Part shown: one piece after another, positions 1-8,894 of the stretch
How the letters are laid out: each line of letters starts with the position of its first letter
Position numbering within the stretch: position 1 is the first letter of the stretch
Assembly: GCA_964244895.1 (NCBI GenBank)
Contig: CAXTKV010000025.1
Location: 1 to 37,755 of the forward strand
Direction: 5' to 3'
Source of the DNA: an uncultured Deinococcales bacterium
GTDB lineage: Bacteria > Deinococcota > Deinococci > Deinococcales > JAAFIG01
Length of the DNA: 37,755 nt
Translations under genes and position numbers: made by a program
Notes under the pieces: model-generated
Seen by the model: the letters and a program-made list of their open reading frames with translations, nothing else
Databases searched by the model: none
What the model was told of the DNA's origin: nothing

Positions 1-2
1 GG

Positions 3-608
3 CTCGAGGCGTTGCGGGCAAGACCGGACTGGCTGGCCGTCTTCGGTGACGCCACGGTCATCAACGATCGCGGTGAAACGACAGCCGCGAGTGCGCTGTA
101 CCGCATCAACCGGGCTAACCGTCGGGCGCTCGAACAGGACGCGTTCCGGGCCGAAGAATTGATCCTGCGCTGGGCAGTTCCCGGCCCCGTATTGCTCTCG
201 CGACGCGAGACTTACGATTCTCAACGGGGCATCGGCGGTTATGACGAGACGATGCTGATCGAGGATCGCAGCTTATATCTGCGCTTGTTAGCACGTCGCG
301 CGCTCGGCTTCGTCAATCGCCCAGTGGCGGCCTACCGTGTACATGCTCGCAATACGATCCAATCGCCAAGGCTGCGCCGCGCTGTCTATGACGCGATCTA
401 TCGCAGTGAGGCAGGAATTCTCGAAGGCTTTGATGGCTCAACCCGAGATGCGCTAGAGTTCATTTTGAAACGCTCGAAATTGCACGTTCAGTTTTCCAAA
501 GGGGATTTACTCGAGCGCGTTAAACCCACTGTTATGTTGATGTTCAACACACTTGTGTTGCATGGTCGTTTGATTGCATTTGATCGCCGCGTGCGGCAGT
601 CCTCATGA
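3..608 (+). CDS. Glycosyltransferase family 2, C-terminal part (5' end outside window)
   Basis: Open frame from window edge; GGYDE..IED..LYLRL and YRVH motifs typical of GT2; lower GC than flanks. Confidence 0.7.
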   Translation, partial: LEALRARPDWLAVFGDATVINDRGETTAASALYRINRANRRALEQDAFRAEELILRWAVPGPVLLSRRETYDSQRGIGGYDETMLIEDRSLYLRLLARRALGFVNRPVAAYRVHARNTIQSPRLRRAVYDAIYRSEAGILEGFDGSTRDALEFILKRSKLHVQFSKGDLLERVKPTVMLMFNTLVLHGRLIAFDRRVRQSS

Positions 609-638
609 TCGGTGATCCACGCCTTTTTCTGCTTGAGT

Positions 639-683
639 ACACCGTCCAGCACGCAAATCTAGAAGTGCGTGTGGGACGGTGTT
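639..683. repeat. Palindromic family A copy
   Basis: ACACCGTCCAGCACGCA...TGCGTGTGGGACGGTGT inverted arms. Confidence 0.85.
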
Positions 684-752
684 GTTTGCGGTCTCTCCCG
701 GAAGTCATTCTTTGCTCACGCGCACTCAAACTTGGCCTGTACAATAACGACC

Positions 753-1709
753 GTGTTGGAGCGCCTTTCGATCATCATTCCCGTGTACAACGGTCGCAGC
801 GTCCTGGAACGCGCGCTCTCGATCCTGGAATCCGACGCGCGCGAGGCCGAAGTGATCGTGGTGGATGGCGGTTCCACGGACGGCGCGCTGGAGCTGGTGC
901 AGACGCGCTTTGGGTGGGTCAAGCTGGTTCAGGTCACGAATCACGGTTGGGCGCACGCCACCAATCGCGGTTTCGAGGTCGCCACCCGTGATGCGCTCCT
1001 GACGATGAATTCCGATTTGTTCCCGACGCGAATCGCGCTCGAGATGATGCTTTCGCGCCTGGAATCCGCGCCGGAAGTCGGCGCGGTCGGCCCGGTGCTC
1101 TTGAACCTGGACGGTTCCAGGCAGTGGGGTTTCGGCACGCTGTACTGGGCGAACTGGCACAGGATCGTCCGTCCCACGCGCACGAATCTGGTTCACGGCG
1201 CGTGCCTGATGACGCGCCGGGACGTGTTGGAGCGCGTGGGTGGTTTCGACGAGAATTTCTTTTTTTACAACGAGGAGTTCGACTGGTGCTGGCGCGTCGG
1301 CAACGCGGGCTTGCGGCTGGAAGTGTTGCCGTGCGAGGTCACGCACGTCGAGGGCGCGTCTTCGGGGCGCACACCGGAGATTCAGATCGAGCAGAACCGG
1401 GGTTCGATGTACCTGATCGACAAGCATTTCGGCTTCGTGATCGCGGAACCGACGCGCCGTTTCTTTCACCTGCTCGGCTGGCTGGGGTCGTTCCTCGATC
1501 CGCGCCGGGAGTTCCGCGCGTCGTGGGCGGCGGTCGAATCGATCGCCAAGCGCCGGGCGTACCTCGAGACGCCGTTGCCGTTGTCCGGTCGCGGCGAGGT
1601 CGGGTTCGGCGCTCGGAAACCGTCCTTTGCGGATCGCGCCGTTCAGCCAGAGGAATCCCGAATCTCGAGCCGGGGCGAACTGCTTCCGGTCGGTTCGAGC
1701 ACGGATTGA
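753..1709 (+). CDS. Glycosyltransferase family 2 (WbbL/rhamnosyltransferase-like)
   Basis: SIIIPVYN, VVDGGSTD, MNSD, GGFDENFFFYNEE motifs; start moved to GTG 753, 7 nt after TACAAT (ORF-track start 669 lies inside a repeat). Confidence 0.85.
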   Translation: MLERLSIIIPVYNGRSVLERALSILESDAREAEVIVVDGGSTDGALELVQTRFGWVKLVQVTNHGWAHATNRGFEVATRDALLTMNSDLFPTRIALEMMLSRLESAPEVGAVGPVLLNLDGSRQWGFGTLYWANWHRIVRPTRTNLVHGACLMTRRDVLERVGGFDENFFFYNEEFDWCWRVGNAGLRLEVLPCEVTHVEGASSGRTPEIQIEQNRGSMYLIDKHFGFVIAEPTRRFFHLLGWLGSFLDPRREFRASWAAVESIAKRRAYLETPLPLSGRGEVGFGARKPSFADRAVQPEESRISSRGELLPVGSSTD

Positions 1710-1717
1710 GGTTCGAG

Positions 1718-1766
1718 GAACACCGTCCAGTGCGCATTTTCGAGAACACCGTGCTGGACGGTGTTC
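1718..1766. repeat. Palindromic family A copy
   Basis: GAACACCGTCCAG...GAACACCGTGCTGGACGGTGTTC. Confidence 0.85.
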
Positions 1767-1865
1767 TTCTCGAGTTCTCGCCGCGAGCGCTGATCCAGAC
1801 GGGTTCTCGGAGGGCAAATCTCGTATTCACCCTCGAGATCGAGCGACGAGCCTTCTCGAAACGCG

Positions 1866-1890
1866 AAAAAGGGCGCGAGTCATCGCGCCC
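1866..1890 (-). terminator. Rho-independent terminator for the alpha-oxoamine synthase gene
   Basis: Minus strand GGGCGCGA-TGAC-TCGCGCCC-TTTTT, 21 nt after the stop. Confidence 0.7.
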
Positions 1891-1911
1891 CGATAGAACC
1901 CTCGCTCGAGC

Positions 1912-3135
1912 TTAAGAGATCACGCCGAGGGCGCGACCGACCTTCTCAAACGCCTCGAGCGCCTTCTCAAGGTGCTCGGGTTTGTGCGCGCCGTTGTAGC
2001 TGGTGCGGATGATGCTCTGACCTTCGGGAACGGCGGGCGGCACGCTGGGGGTGGTGAAGATCTTCATGTCCCACAACCCGCGCCAGAAGCGGATGGCGGT
2101 GTCCACGTCACCGACCAGCACGGGAATGATCGGGCTGTTGGAACCGAGCAGGTTGAAGCCCAGCGACAGCAGGTTCTCGCGCATGAAGTTGACGTTTTTC
2201 CACATGCGTTCGCGGTGTTCGGGTTCGGAACGCATGATCCGCAGCGCTTCGAGGGTCGCGGCGGCGCTCGGGCCGGGCAGGGCGGCGTTGAAGATGAACG
2301 GGCGCGCGGTGTGCTTGATGAACTCGATGATGTCCGCGTCGGCGGCGATGAAGCCACCCACGCTGGCGAAGGACTTCGAGAACGTGCCGACGACCACATC
2401 CACTTCGTTGGGGATGCCGAAGTGGTAGTGCGCGCCCTCGCCGCGCGGCCCGAGAACGCCGGTGGCGTGCGCGTCGTCGCAGATCAATCGCGCGCCGTAC
2501 TTCTTGGCAACCTTGTTGACTTCATCGACCGCGCCGATGTGACCGGACATGCTGAAGACGCCTTCGGTGTAGACCAGGCGTCCGCCGGGTTTGCCCTCGT
2601 CGGCTTTGAGCATCCGTTCCAGGTCGGCGGCGTTGTTGTGCTCGAAGCGCTTCAGGGTGCTGAACGTCAGCCTCGAGCCGTCGTAGAGGCTGGCGTGGTT
2701 CTCGCGGTCGAAGTAGATGATGTCGTGGCGTCCGCCCAGCGCGGCCACGCTCGAGGCGCACGCCAGGAATCCCGCGCCGAAAACCAGCGTGGCTTCCTTG
2801 CCCAGAAATTCGGCCAGTTCCTGTTCCAGCGTTTCGTGGATGGTCAGCGTGCCCGTCAAAAAGCGCGATCCGGTGCAGGAGGTGCCGAAATCGTCGATGG
2901 CTCGCTTGGCGGCCTCGCGGATGCGGGGGTCCTGGGTCAAACCGAGGTAATCGTTCGATCCGGTCAGGACGTATTCCTCGCCCTCGACGATGACCGTGCC
3001 GCCGCCGTGGTGGGCGATGGGTTTGAAGTACGGGTAGAGCCCGGCGGCCTGCGCCTCGTCCGCGCGGCTGAACCGGCGCGCCTTGACGAAGGCGTCCTCG
3101 ACGGGCCGGGGCGTATCGGTGGGTGTCTCGATCAA
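1912..3135 (-). CDS. PLP-dependent alpha-oxoamine synthase (serine palmitoyltransferase/BioF/Kbl family)
   Basis: GSNDYLGL, GSRFLTGT, NHAS, DDAH, GTFSKS motifs; TTG start with AAGGAGG RBS at 3144-3150. Confidence 0.85.
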   Translation of the reverse strand: MIETPTDTPRPVEDAFVKARRFSRADEAQAAGLYPYFKPIAHHGGGTVIVEGEEYVLTGSNDYLGLTQDPRIREAAKRAIDDFGTSCTGSRFLTGTLTIHETLEQELAEFLGKEATLVFGAGFLACASSVAALGGRHDIIYFDRENHASLYDGSRLTFSTLKRFEHNNAADLERMLKADEGKPGGRLVYTEGVFSMSGHIGAVDEVNKVAKKYGARLICDDAHATGVLGPRGEGAHYHFGIPNEVDVVVGTFSKSFASVGGFIAADADIIEFIKHTARPFIFNAALPGPSAAATLEALRIMRSEPEHRERMWKNVNFMRENLLSLGFNLLGSNSPIIPVLVGDVDTAIRFWRGLWDMKIFTTPSVPPAVPEGQSIIRTSYNGAHKPEHLEKALEAFEKVGRALGVIS

Positions 3136-3490
3136 GGTCGCAGCCTCCTTATCTCGCCGTTGAAACCTGAACACCGTTTCAAGTGCGCTCCAACTGATCT
3201 GGCCAACCTGCGCTCGAGGATGCTGAGCCTCGGTGTGCGTCCCGTGTCGCCCGGTGCGCATTCTGATGTTCCGAAGGTGCGCCGTCGAGCGTGAGTTCAG
3301 GCTATCACGTCCAATCGGGCGGAATTGGCGCGTTTAGAACACGATTCGGTGAGGTGGTCGGAAGTCAGAGGTCAGGAGTCTCGAGAAGCGCGCTGCCAAG
3401 ACGGACTCGGGATGGCTCGCATCAGCCGATGTGGGCGGGAGTTTCAACCCGACTTTCAACCCCTCGTGCCCGAGACGCCCTCCAGGATGC

Positions 3491-3540
3491 GAGAACACCG
3501 TCCTGCACGCGAATCTATACTGGCGTCCCCGACGGTGTTC
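3491..3540. repeat. Palindromic family A copy
   Basis: GAGAACACCGTCCTGCACGC...GCGTCCCCGACGGTGTTC. Confidence 0.8.
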
Positions 3541-3554
3541 CCTCTGACCTCTGA

Positions 3555-4541
3555 CTACTCCAGCTCGAAGCTGGCGCGAATCTCACCGACCTCGAGCCCG
3601 GCGACGTTCTTCGTGATCGGGTGCGCGAGGCTCGAGAGCGCGGGGTCGGTCGCGTCCAGCACGCCCAACTGTTCCAGAACCGCCAGCGCAGCCACGCCGA
3701 GGGCGCGCTCCGCGCCGTCCTCTATTTTGATGGCGATCCCGACCGGGCCGAAACGCGATTCGCGGGCGGCCAGGCAGATGAAGGCTTCCGCGCCGATCTT
3801 GGAGACCAGACCGGGGACGCGTTCCATCAGCACCGTGTCCGTGCGGCCCGTGCCAGCGATCAGCAGCGGGTGGGCGCGCATGGCAGCAAACGCGATCTCG
3901 AGCCGTTCGCGGTACGCGTCCGGGGCGCTCTGCGGGTCGGCCAGCCGGGTCATGGCGAGCGCGGCGTTGCGCATCGGCACGCGGAAGCACGGCACGCTGC
4001 AGCCGTCCACGGCGGTTTCGACGCGTTCAAGCCCGAAGAGTTCATTGATGCCGCGCAGGATTTCACGCTGCAACGGGTGATCCGGGTTCTGGTAACCGTC
4101 GTGACCCCAGCCGTTCGCCAGGCTGGCGGCGATCATGCCCGAGTGCTTGCCGGAGCAGTTGTTGTGCAGCACGCTCGGGCGCTCGTTGCGGTCGCGGAGT
4201 TGGTTGCGGGCGTCCTCGTTGAAGGGCGCGTGGATGCCGCAGACCAGCCAGTCCTGATCAATTCCAGCGGCGGCGTGAATCTCGCGCACGGTCTGGACGT
4301 GAACGGCTTCCCCGGCGTGCGAGGCCATCGCGATCGCCAGGTGGCGCGATCCCAGGCCGTAGCGTTCCAGCACGGGAATGAACGGTAAGGCCTGGAAAGC
4401 TTTGGCGCTGGAGCGCAGGTAGCTCGAGAAGCCCGGATCGCCCAGGTGAGCCGCCAGGCTCCCGTCTGGGCGCACCACGGCGGCGTGGACGCGATGGCGG
4501 CTCTCGAGGAGCCCGCCGCGAAGAACGTGAACGTAGGCCAC
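3555..4541 (-). CDS. Asparaginase II (Rhizobium AnsA type)
   Basis: RSSAK.FQ, SH.GE..H, HNNCSGKH, DGC, KIGAE motifs; leaderless GTG 6 nt after TAAACT. Confidence 0.9.
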   Translation of the reverse strand: MAYVHVLRGGLLESRHRVHAAVVRPDGSLAAHLGDPGFSSYLRSSAKAFQALPFIPVLERYGLGSRHLAIAMASHAGEAVHVQTVREIHAAAGIDQDWLVCGIHAPFNEDARNQLRDRNERPSVLHNNCSGKHSGMIAASLANGWGHDGYQNPDHPLQREILRGINELFGLERVETAVDGCSVPCFRVPMRNAALAMTRLADPQSAPDAYRERLEIAFAAMRAHPLLIAGTGRTDTVLMERVPGLVSKIGAEAFICLAARESRFGPVGIAIKIEDGAERALGVAALAVLEQLGVLDATDPALSSLAHPITKNVAGLEVGEIRASFELE

Positions 4542-4628
4542 GAATTGAGTTTACGCCGCGCGAGCTCGAAACCGTGCCACCTGAGAGCGTCGTCGCTCGA
4601 GCCTCCAGCTCTGGGTGATGGCATCGAT

Positions 4629-4671
4629 AGACCGTCCAGCACGCGTTTTAGGTTCGCGTCCCGGACGGTCT
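4629..4671. repeat. Palindromic family A copy
   Basis: AGACCGTCCAGCACGCG...CGCGTCCCGGACGGTCT. Confidence 0.85.
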
Positions 4672-4767
4672 GCTCGCGGTGTGGTTGCTCGAGGCGTCGG
4701 GCTGAACCTCGCGCGACGACCGTTCGGCTCGAGAATGCGCTTCTGACGAGAAAATGAGTCTGCACGC

Positions 4768-4787
4768 TGTCACAGAAAAAAGTGACA
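4768..4787. promoter_or_regulatory. Candidate operator upstream of nitrate assimilation operon
   Basis: Perfect TGTCAC-N8-GTGACA dyad in an AT-rich stretch about 90 nt upstream of the -35 box. Confidence 0.45.
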
Positions 4788-4876
4788 CTTTGCCATCCTG
4801 AGCACCAAACAAAACTCATTTGCAGTTCAAACTTGCTTGTTGTATCGAGTGCAATCGGTTGCAGTGCATAAATTGC

Positions 4877-4905
4877 TTGACACGAGGCCAACCACCGCGT
4901 ACCGT
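4877..4905 (+). promoter_or_regulatory. Sigma70-type promoter of nirA operon
   Basis: TTGACA-N17-TACCGT. Confidence 0.6.
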
Positions 4906-4994
4906 GATGCGGATCGAAGCGCTCGGCTGTCCGGGCGTCAACGTGAACGCGAACACCGGACACGTTTTCGATGGACACCCTGACCGGAGGCCAC

Positions 4995-6548
4995 GTGAAC
5001 CCGATCGAGCGCATCAAAACGGAAAAACTGGGGCTGGAGCTTCTCAAAGAGCTACCGCAACTGGCCGCCACCCCGCTCGAGAACCTGTCAGAAGACGACA
5101 AGCAGCGCATCAAATGGCTGGGCTTGTGGTACCGCAAAACCGACCCACCGAGCTTGATGACCCGCATCCGAATTCCGGGCGGCGTGGCCACCAGCGCGCA
5201 GTTGCGCGCCATCGCCGGAATCGCCCAGGATTTTGGTCGGGATCTGGTGGACGTGACCACGCGCCAGCAGGTTCAACTGCGCTGGTTCACGCTGCGCGAG
5301 GTTCCCGAAATTTTTGATCGCCTGTCCGCCGTCGGCCTCTCGAGCTTGCAGACGGGCATGGACAGCATCCGCAACGCCGTGACCTCGAGCGTGGCCGGAA
5401 TCTGCGCGGATGAGGTCGTGGACGCGCTGCCGGTCGTGAACGCAGTTTCGCGGTGGATCACCGACGATGGCGCGGGCAACGCGGCGGTCGCCAATTTGCC
5501 GCGCAAATTCAACCTGCACATCACCGGGCACAGGCACGACCTGGGCGCCTGCACCAACGACATCGGCATGTACCCGGCGCAGAAAAACGGCAGGCTGGGG
5601 TTCAACGTGCTGGTCGGTGGCGCGGTCGGCGGCAAGGTTCCCAGGCTGGCCAGCGAACTGGACGCGTTCGTGGAATCAGACCAGGCGCTCGAGATCGTGC
5701 GCGGCATCGTCGAGGTCTTCAACCTGCACGGCCCGCGCGAGGAACGCCACAAATCGCGCCTGAAATGGTTGCTGGCCGAATGGGGCGAAATAAAATTCCG
5801 CGATCAGCTCGAGGCGCACCTGGGTCACGCGATTGAACGCGCGGGCGAGGATTTGCGCGTCCACGGTGAACCCCGCCTGCCGCTCGGGGTGCAGAAGCAA
5901 AAGCAGGACGGCTTCGTGTACATCGGGGCGCACGTGCCCGTCGGACGAACCACCGGGACGGCGCTGATGCAACTGGCCGACCTGGCGGATCAGTACGGTC
6001 GCGGCGAGGCGCGCTTCACCATCGAGCAGAACATCATCCTGCCGTTCGTGCCGGAATCGCGGGTTTCCCAGGTTCTGACGAACCCGTTCTTCGCCGCCCA
6101 CGACCCGTTCCCGTCGAGAATCAAAGAGGGCGTCGTGTCCTGCACGGGCATCGAGTTCTGCCCGATGGCGATCATCGAAACCAAATCCCGAGCGCTCGAG
6201 GTGACTGACCAGCTCGAGGCCGAATTTGCAGATCAACTGCCGCTGCTGACGCCGCTCAGAATGCACTGGTCGGGCTGCCAGCACGCGTGCAGCAGCCACC
6301 ACATCGGAGATTTCGGCTTGCAGGGCACGAAAGTCAAACACGACGGCGCGATGGTGGACGCCGTGGACATTTTCCTGGGCGGCAAGATCGGGCGCGAGGC
6401 GCGGCTGGCGGACCGGGTCGCGGAGCGCGTGCCGATCTCGCAGGTGGCCGCCAAACTGGTCGAACTGACGCGCCAGCACCTGCCGCACCTGCTGGAGTTC
6501 CAAGGCGGGCGAACACAGGGTTCGCCCCTACAGGCGGCGGACGACTGA
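4995..6548 (+). CDS. nirA: Ferredoxin-nitrite reductase (siroheme)
   Basis: TTRQQVQ, LPRKFN, CTGIEFC and SGCQHAC ligands; GTG start after GGAGG; adjacent to nitrate reductase. Confidence 0.9.
   Translation: MNPIERIKTEKLGLELLKELPQLAATPLENLSEDDKQRIKWLGLWYRKTDPPSLMTRIRIPGGVATSAQLRAIAGIAQDFGRDLVDVTTRQQVQLRWFTLREVPEIFDRLSAVGLSSLQTGMDSIRNAVTSSVAGICADEVVDALPVVNAVSRWITDDGAGNAAVANLPRKFNLHITGHRHDLGACTNDIGMYPAQKNGRLGFNVLVGGAVGGKVPRLASELDAFVESDQALEIVRGIVEVFNLHGPREERHKSRLKWLLAEWGEIKFRDQLEAHLGHAIERAGEDLRVHGEPRLPLGVQKQKQDGFVYIGAHVPVGRTTGTALMQLADLADQYGRGEARFTIEQNIILPFVPESRVSQVLTNPFFAAHDPFPSRIKEGVVSCTGIEFCPMAIIETKSRALEVTDQLEAEFADQLPLLTPLRMHWSGCQHACSSHHIGDFGLQGTKVKHDGAMVDAVDIFLGGKIGREARLADRVAERVPISQVAAKLVELTRQHLPHLLEFQGGRTQGSPLQAADD
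6507..6531 (-). repeat. GTAG-type REP inside nirA 3' end
   Basis: Minus strand GTAG-GGGCGAAC-CCTGT-GTTCGCCC, 8-bp perfect stem. Confidence 0.75.
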
Positions 6549-6584
6549 TGATCGAAATTTGTGCGCAACAAAAGATGGATGCTC

Positions 6585-6636
6585 GAGAACACCGTTCCAG
6601 ACGATGTTTCTTGGGTTGCATCCCGGACGGTGTTTC
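6585..6636. repeat. Palindromic family A copy
   Basis: GAGAACACCGTTCCAGACG...CCCGGACGGTGTTTC. Confidence 0.8.
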
Positions 6637-8844
6637 TTGAATCGGGCTTTTGAACGGGCGCTCGAGCAGTCCGCCGAAACCCGAGTCACCCGCACGACCT
6701 GCCCGTACTGCGCGGTGCAGTGCTCGTTCGACATCCTGCACGACGACCGCGCGCTCGAGATGCGAAGCACGCCGGATTGCCCGGTGGCGCACGGCAGCGT
6801 CTGCAAGAAGGGATTGAGCGCATTGGAGGTCGTCGATCACCCGGATCGTTTGACTGCGCCGCTGGTGCGCAGGAACGGCGCGCTGGAACCCGCATCCTGG
6901 GACGAGGCGCTGGATCGGGTCGTGAGTGGCATGATCGCCACGCGGGCCAGATACGGGCCGGATGCCTACGGCGTGTTCGGTGGCGGCAGCCTGACCAACG
7001 AAGTCGTGTACCTGCTCGCCAAGCTCGCGCGGGTCGGGTTGAAAACCGCCAACATCGATTACAACGGGCGTTTTTGCATGTCGAGCGCCGCCGCCGCCAC
7101 CCGCGAGGTCTACGGGCTGGATCGCGGCCTGCCGTTCCCGGTCGCGCAGCTCGAGCGCGCCCGGTGCATCGTGCTGTGGGGCGCGAACCTGGCGGAAACC
7201 CTGCCGCCCTTGGCGCAGTACATCACGCGCGCCCGCAAGAACGGCGCGGCGGTGATCGTGATCGATCCTCGGGCGGCGCGCACCAGCTTCCTGGCCACGC
7301 ACGTGCTGCAGGTGCAACCCGGCGGCGATCTGGCGCTGGCGCTGGCCATGCAGAACGCGATCTTCGAGGCCGGTCTGGAGCGCCGCGAGTTCCTCGAGAA
7401 CCGCACGCAGGGCTGGCGCGAGGTCGCGCAGAGTGTGGAACACTGCACGCCAGAATGGGCCGCCGAACGCACCGGACTGACGCCCGAAGCCATCCGCGAC
7501 ATCGCCCGCGTGATCGCCCGGCGCGGCCTCGAGGAGGGCGGCCCGATCCCGGAAGGCGTCGTGATCCTCTCCGGGCGCGGCCCGGAACAGCAGGCCCGAG
7601 GGGTGGACACGGTGCGCGCACTGATTCACCTGGCGCTGTCCGTGGGCGGCATTTACGCGCCGTTGACGGGTCAGGGCAACGGTCAGGGTGGCCGCGAGCA
7701 CGGTCAGAAAGCCGACCAACTGCCCGGCTACCGTTCTATCACCGACGCCCGCGATCGGCTCGAGATGGCGCGCGTCTGGGGCGTGGAACCCGAGGATTTG
7801 CCCGGCAAGGGACTGAGCGCCCAGGAGTTGCTGGAAGCCTGCGGCTCGGCTGTGCACGGTCTGCTGGTGCTGGGTTCCAACCCGGTCGTCAGCGCCGCGA
7901 ACGCCATCAACGTCACGCGCAGACTCGAGTCCCTGGATCACCTGGTGGTGATCGACTTTCTGCCCTCGGAGACCGCGCAACTGGCGGACGTGGTGCTGCC
8001 GGGCAGCATGTGGCTGGAATCGGACGGCACCATGACCAACCTGGAAGGCCGCGTGCTGCGCCGCCGCGAGGTCACCAACCCGCCAGCTCAGGCCCGGACG
8101 GACTGGCGGATTCTGTGCGATCTGGGCGCGCGGTTGGGCCACCCGGAAAAATTCGCGTTCTCGAACGTGGAATCCGTGTTCACCGAGTTCGCTCGAGCCA
8201 CCAGGGGCGCGCCCGCCGATTACAGCGGCATGACCTATAAAAAACTCGGCACAGAGGGCCTATTCTGGCCGTGCCCCGACCTGAAGCACCTGGGCATCGA
8301 TTACGAGGGCACGCCCGAACCCTTCAAGATCGGCTTTCACCACGCCGACGGTCGCGCGCACCTGCGGCCCATCGCGTACCGCGAATCACTCGAGGAACCC
8401 GACCTGAACTACCCAGTGCGTCTGACCACCGGGCGTCACGCCGACCAGTACCAGAGCGGCGTGCAAACGCGCCGCGTGGCGTCCTTGACGCGCAAGGCCA
8501 GCCGCGCCGAGGCGCAACTGCACCCGAAGCTGGCCGCCCAGTACGGGCTCGAGGAGGATTCGAGCGTCACCCTGGAGACGCGCCGGGGACGCGCCACCTT
8601 CGCCGTCTCGTTGAACGCTCGCATCCGAGAGGACACCATTTTCGTGCCGTTCCACTGGCCCGGCGCGGGTCGCGCCAACGCGCTGACCAACGCCGCGCTC
8701 GATCCGGTGTCCAGGATGCCGGAATTCAAGGTCGCCGCCGTTAGGCTCGAGAAAACACCGTCCGGTACGCAACTTAACAGTGCCGTCCCGGACGGTGTTC
8801 TCGTACCCGAACCCGTTCTGGTCGGCGCAGTCAGCGCCGAATGA
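6637..8844 (+). CDS. nasA: Assimilatory nitrate reductase catalytic subunit (molybdopterin oxidoreductase, NasA/NarB)
   Basis: TCPYCAVQC...VCKKG Fe-S motif, NGRFCMSS, LTGQGNGQG, DPVSRMPEFK; exact start uncertain (6604 or 6637). Confidence 0.88.
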   Translation: MNRAFERALEQSAETRVTRTTCPYCAVQCSFDILHDDRALEMRSTPDCPVAHGSVCKKGLSALEVVDHPDRLTAPLVRRNGALEPASWDEALDRVVSGMIATRARYGPDAYGVFGGGSLTNEVVYLLAKLARVGLKTANIDYNGRFCMSSAAAATREVYGLDRGLPFPVAQLERARCIVLWGANLAETLPPLAQYITRARKNGAAVIVIDPRAARTSFLATHVLQVQPGGDLALALAMQNAIFEAGLERREFLENRTQGWREVAQSVEHCTPEWAAERTGLTPEAIRDIARVIARRGLEEGGPIPEGVVILSGRGPEQQARGVDTVRALIHLALSVGGIYAPLTGQGNGQGGREHGQKADQLPGYRSITDARDRLEMARVWGVEPEDLPGKGLSAQELLEACGSAVHGLLVLGSNPVVSAANAINVTRRLESLDHLVVIDFLPSETAQLADVVLPGSMWLESDGTMTNLEGRVLRRREVTNPPAQARTDWRILCDLGARLGHPEKFAFSNVESVFTEFARATRGAPADYSGMTYKKLGTEGLFWPCPDLKHLGIDYEGTPEPFKIGFHHADGRAHLRPIAYRESLEEPDLNYPVRLTTGRHADQYQSGVQTRRVASLTRKASRAEAQLHPKLAAQYGLEEDSSVTLETRRGRATFAVSLNARIREDTIFVPFHWPGAGRANALTNAALDPVSRMPEFKVAAVRLEKTPSGTQLNSAVPDGVLVPEPVLVGAVSAE
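8749..8802. repeat. Palindromic family A copy translated inside nasA C-terminus
   Basis: GAGAAAACACCGTCCGGTACG...CGTCCCGGACGGTGTTCTC encodes EKTPSGTQLNSAVPDGVL. Confidence 0.85.
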
Positions 8845-8894
8845 ATCGCCATGCCTCAATCGATCTCGAGCCACCGCTGAACCCGGAGGAACCC

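Noticed and set aside
3190..3260. Glycine riboswitch
   Set aside because: Only partial resemblance (CACCGAGG...CAGG); GGAGA and CTCTCAGG elements are missing.
1972..3294. Long antisense ORFs (also 726-1817, 6334-8142, 8831-10738, 32317-33633, 35711-36931)
   Set aside because: Shadow frames of real GC-rich genes; no recognisable motifs.
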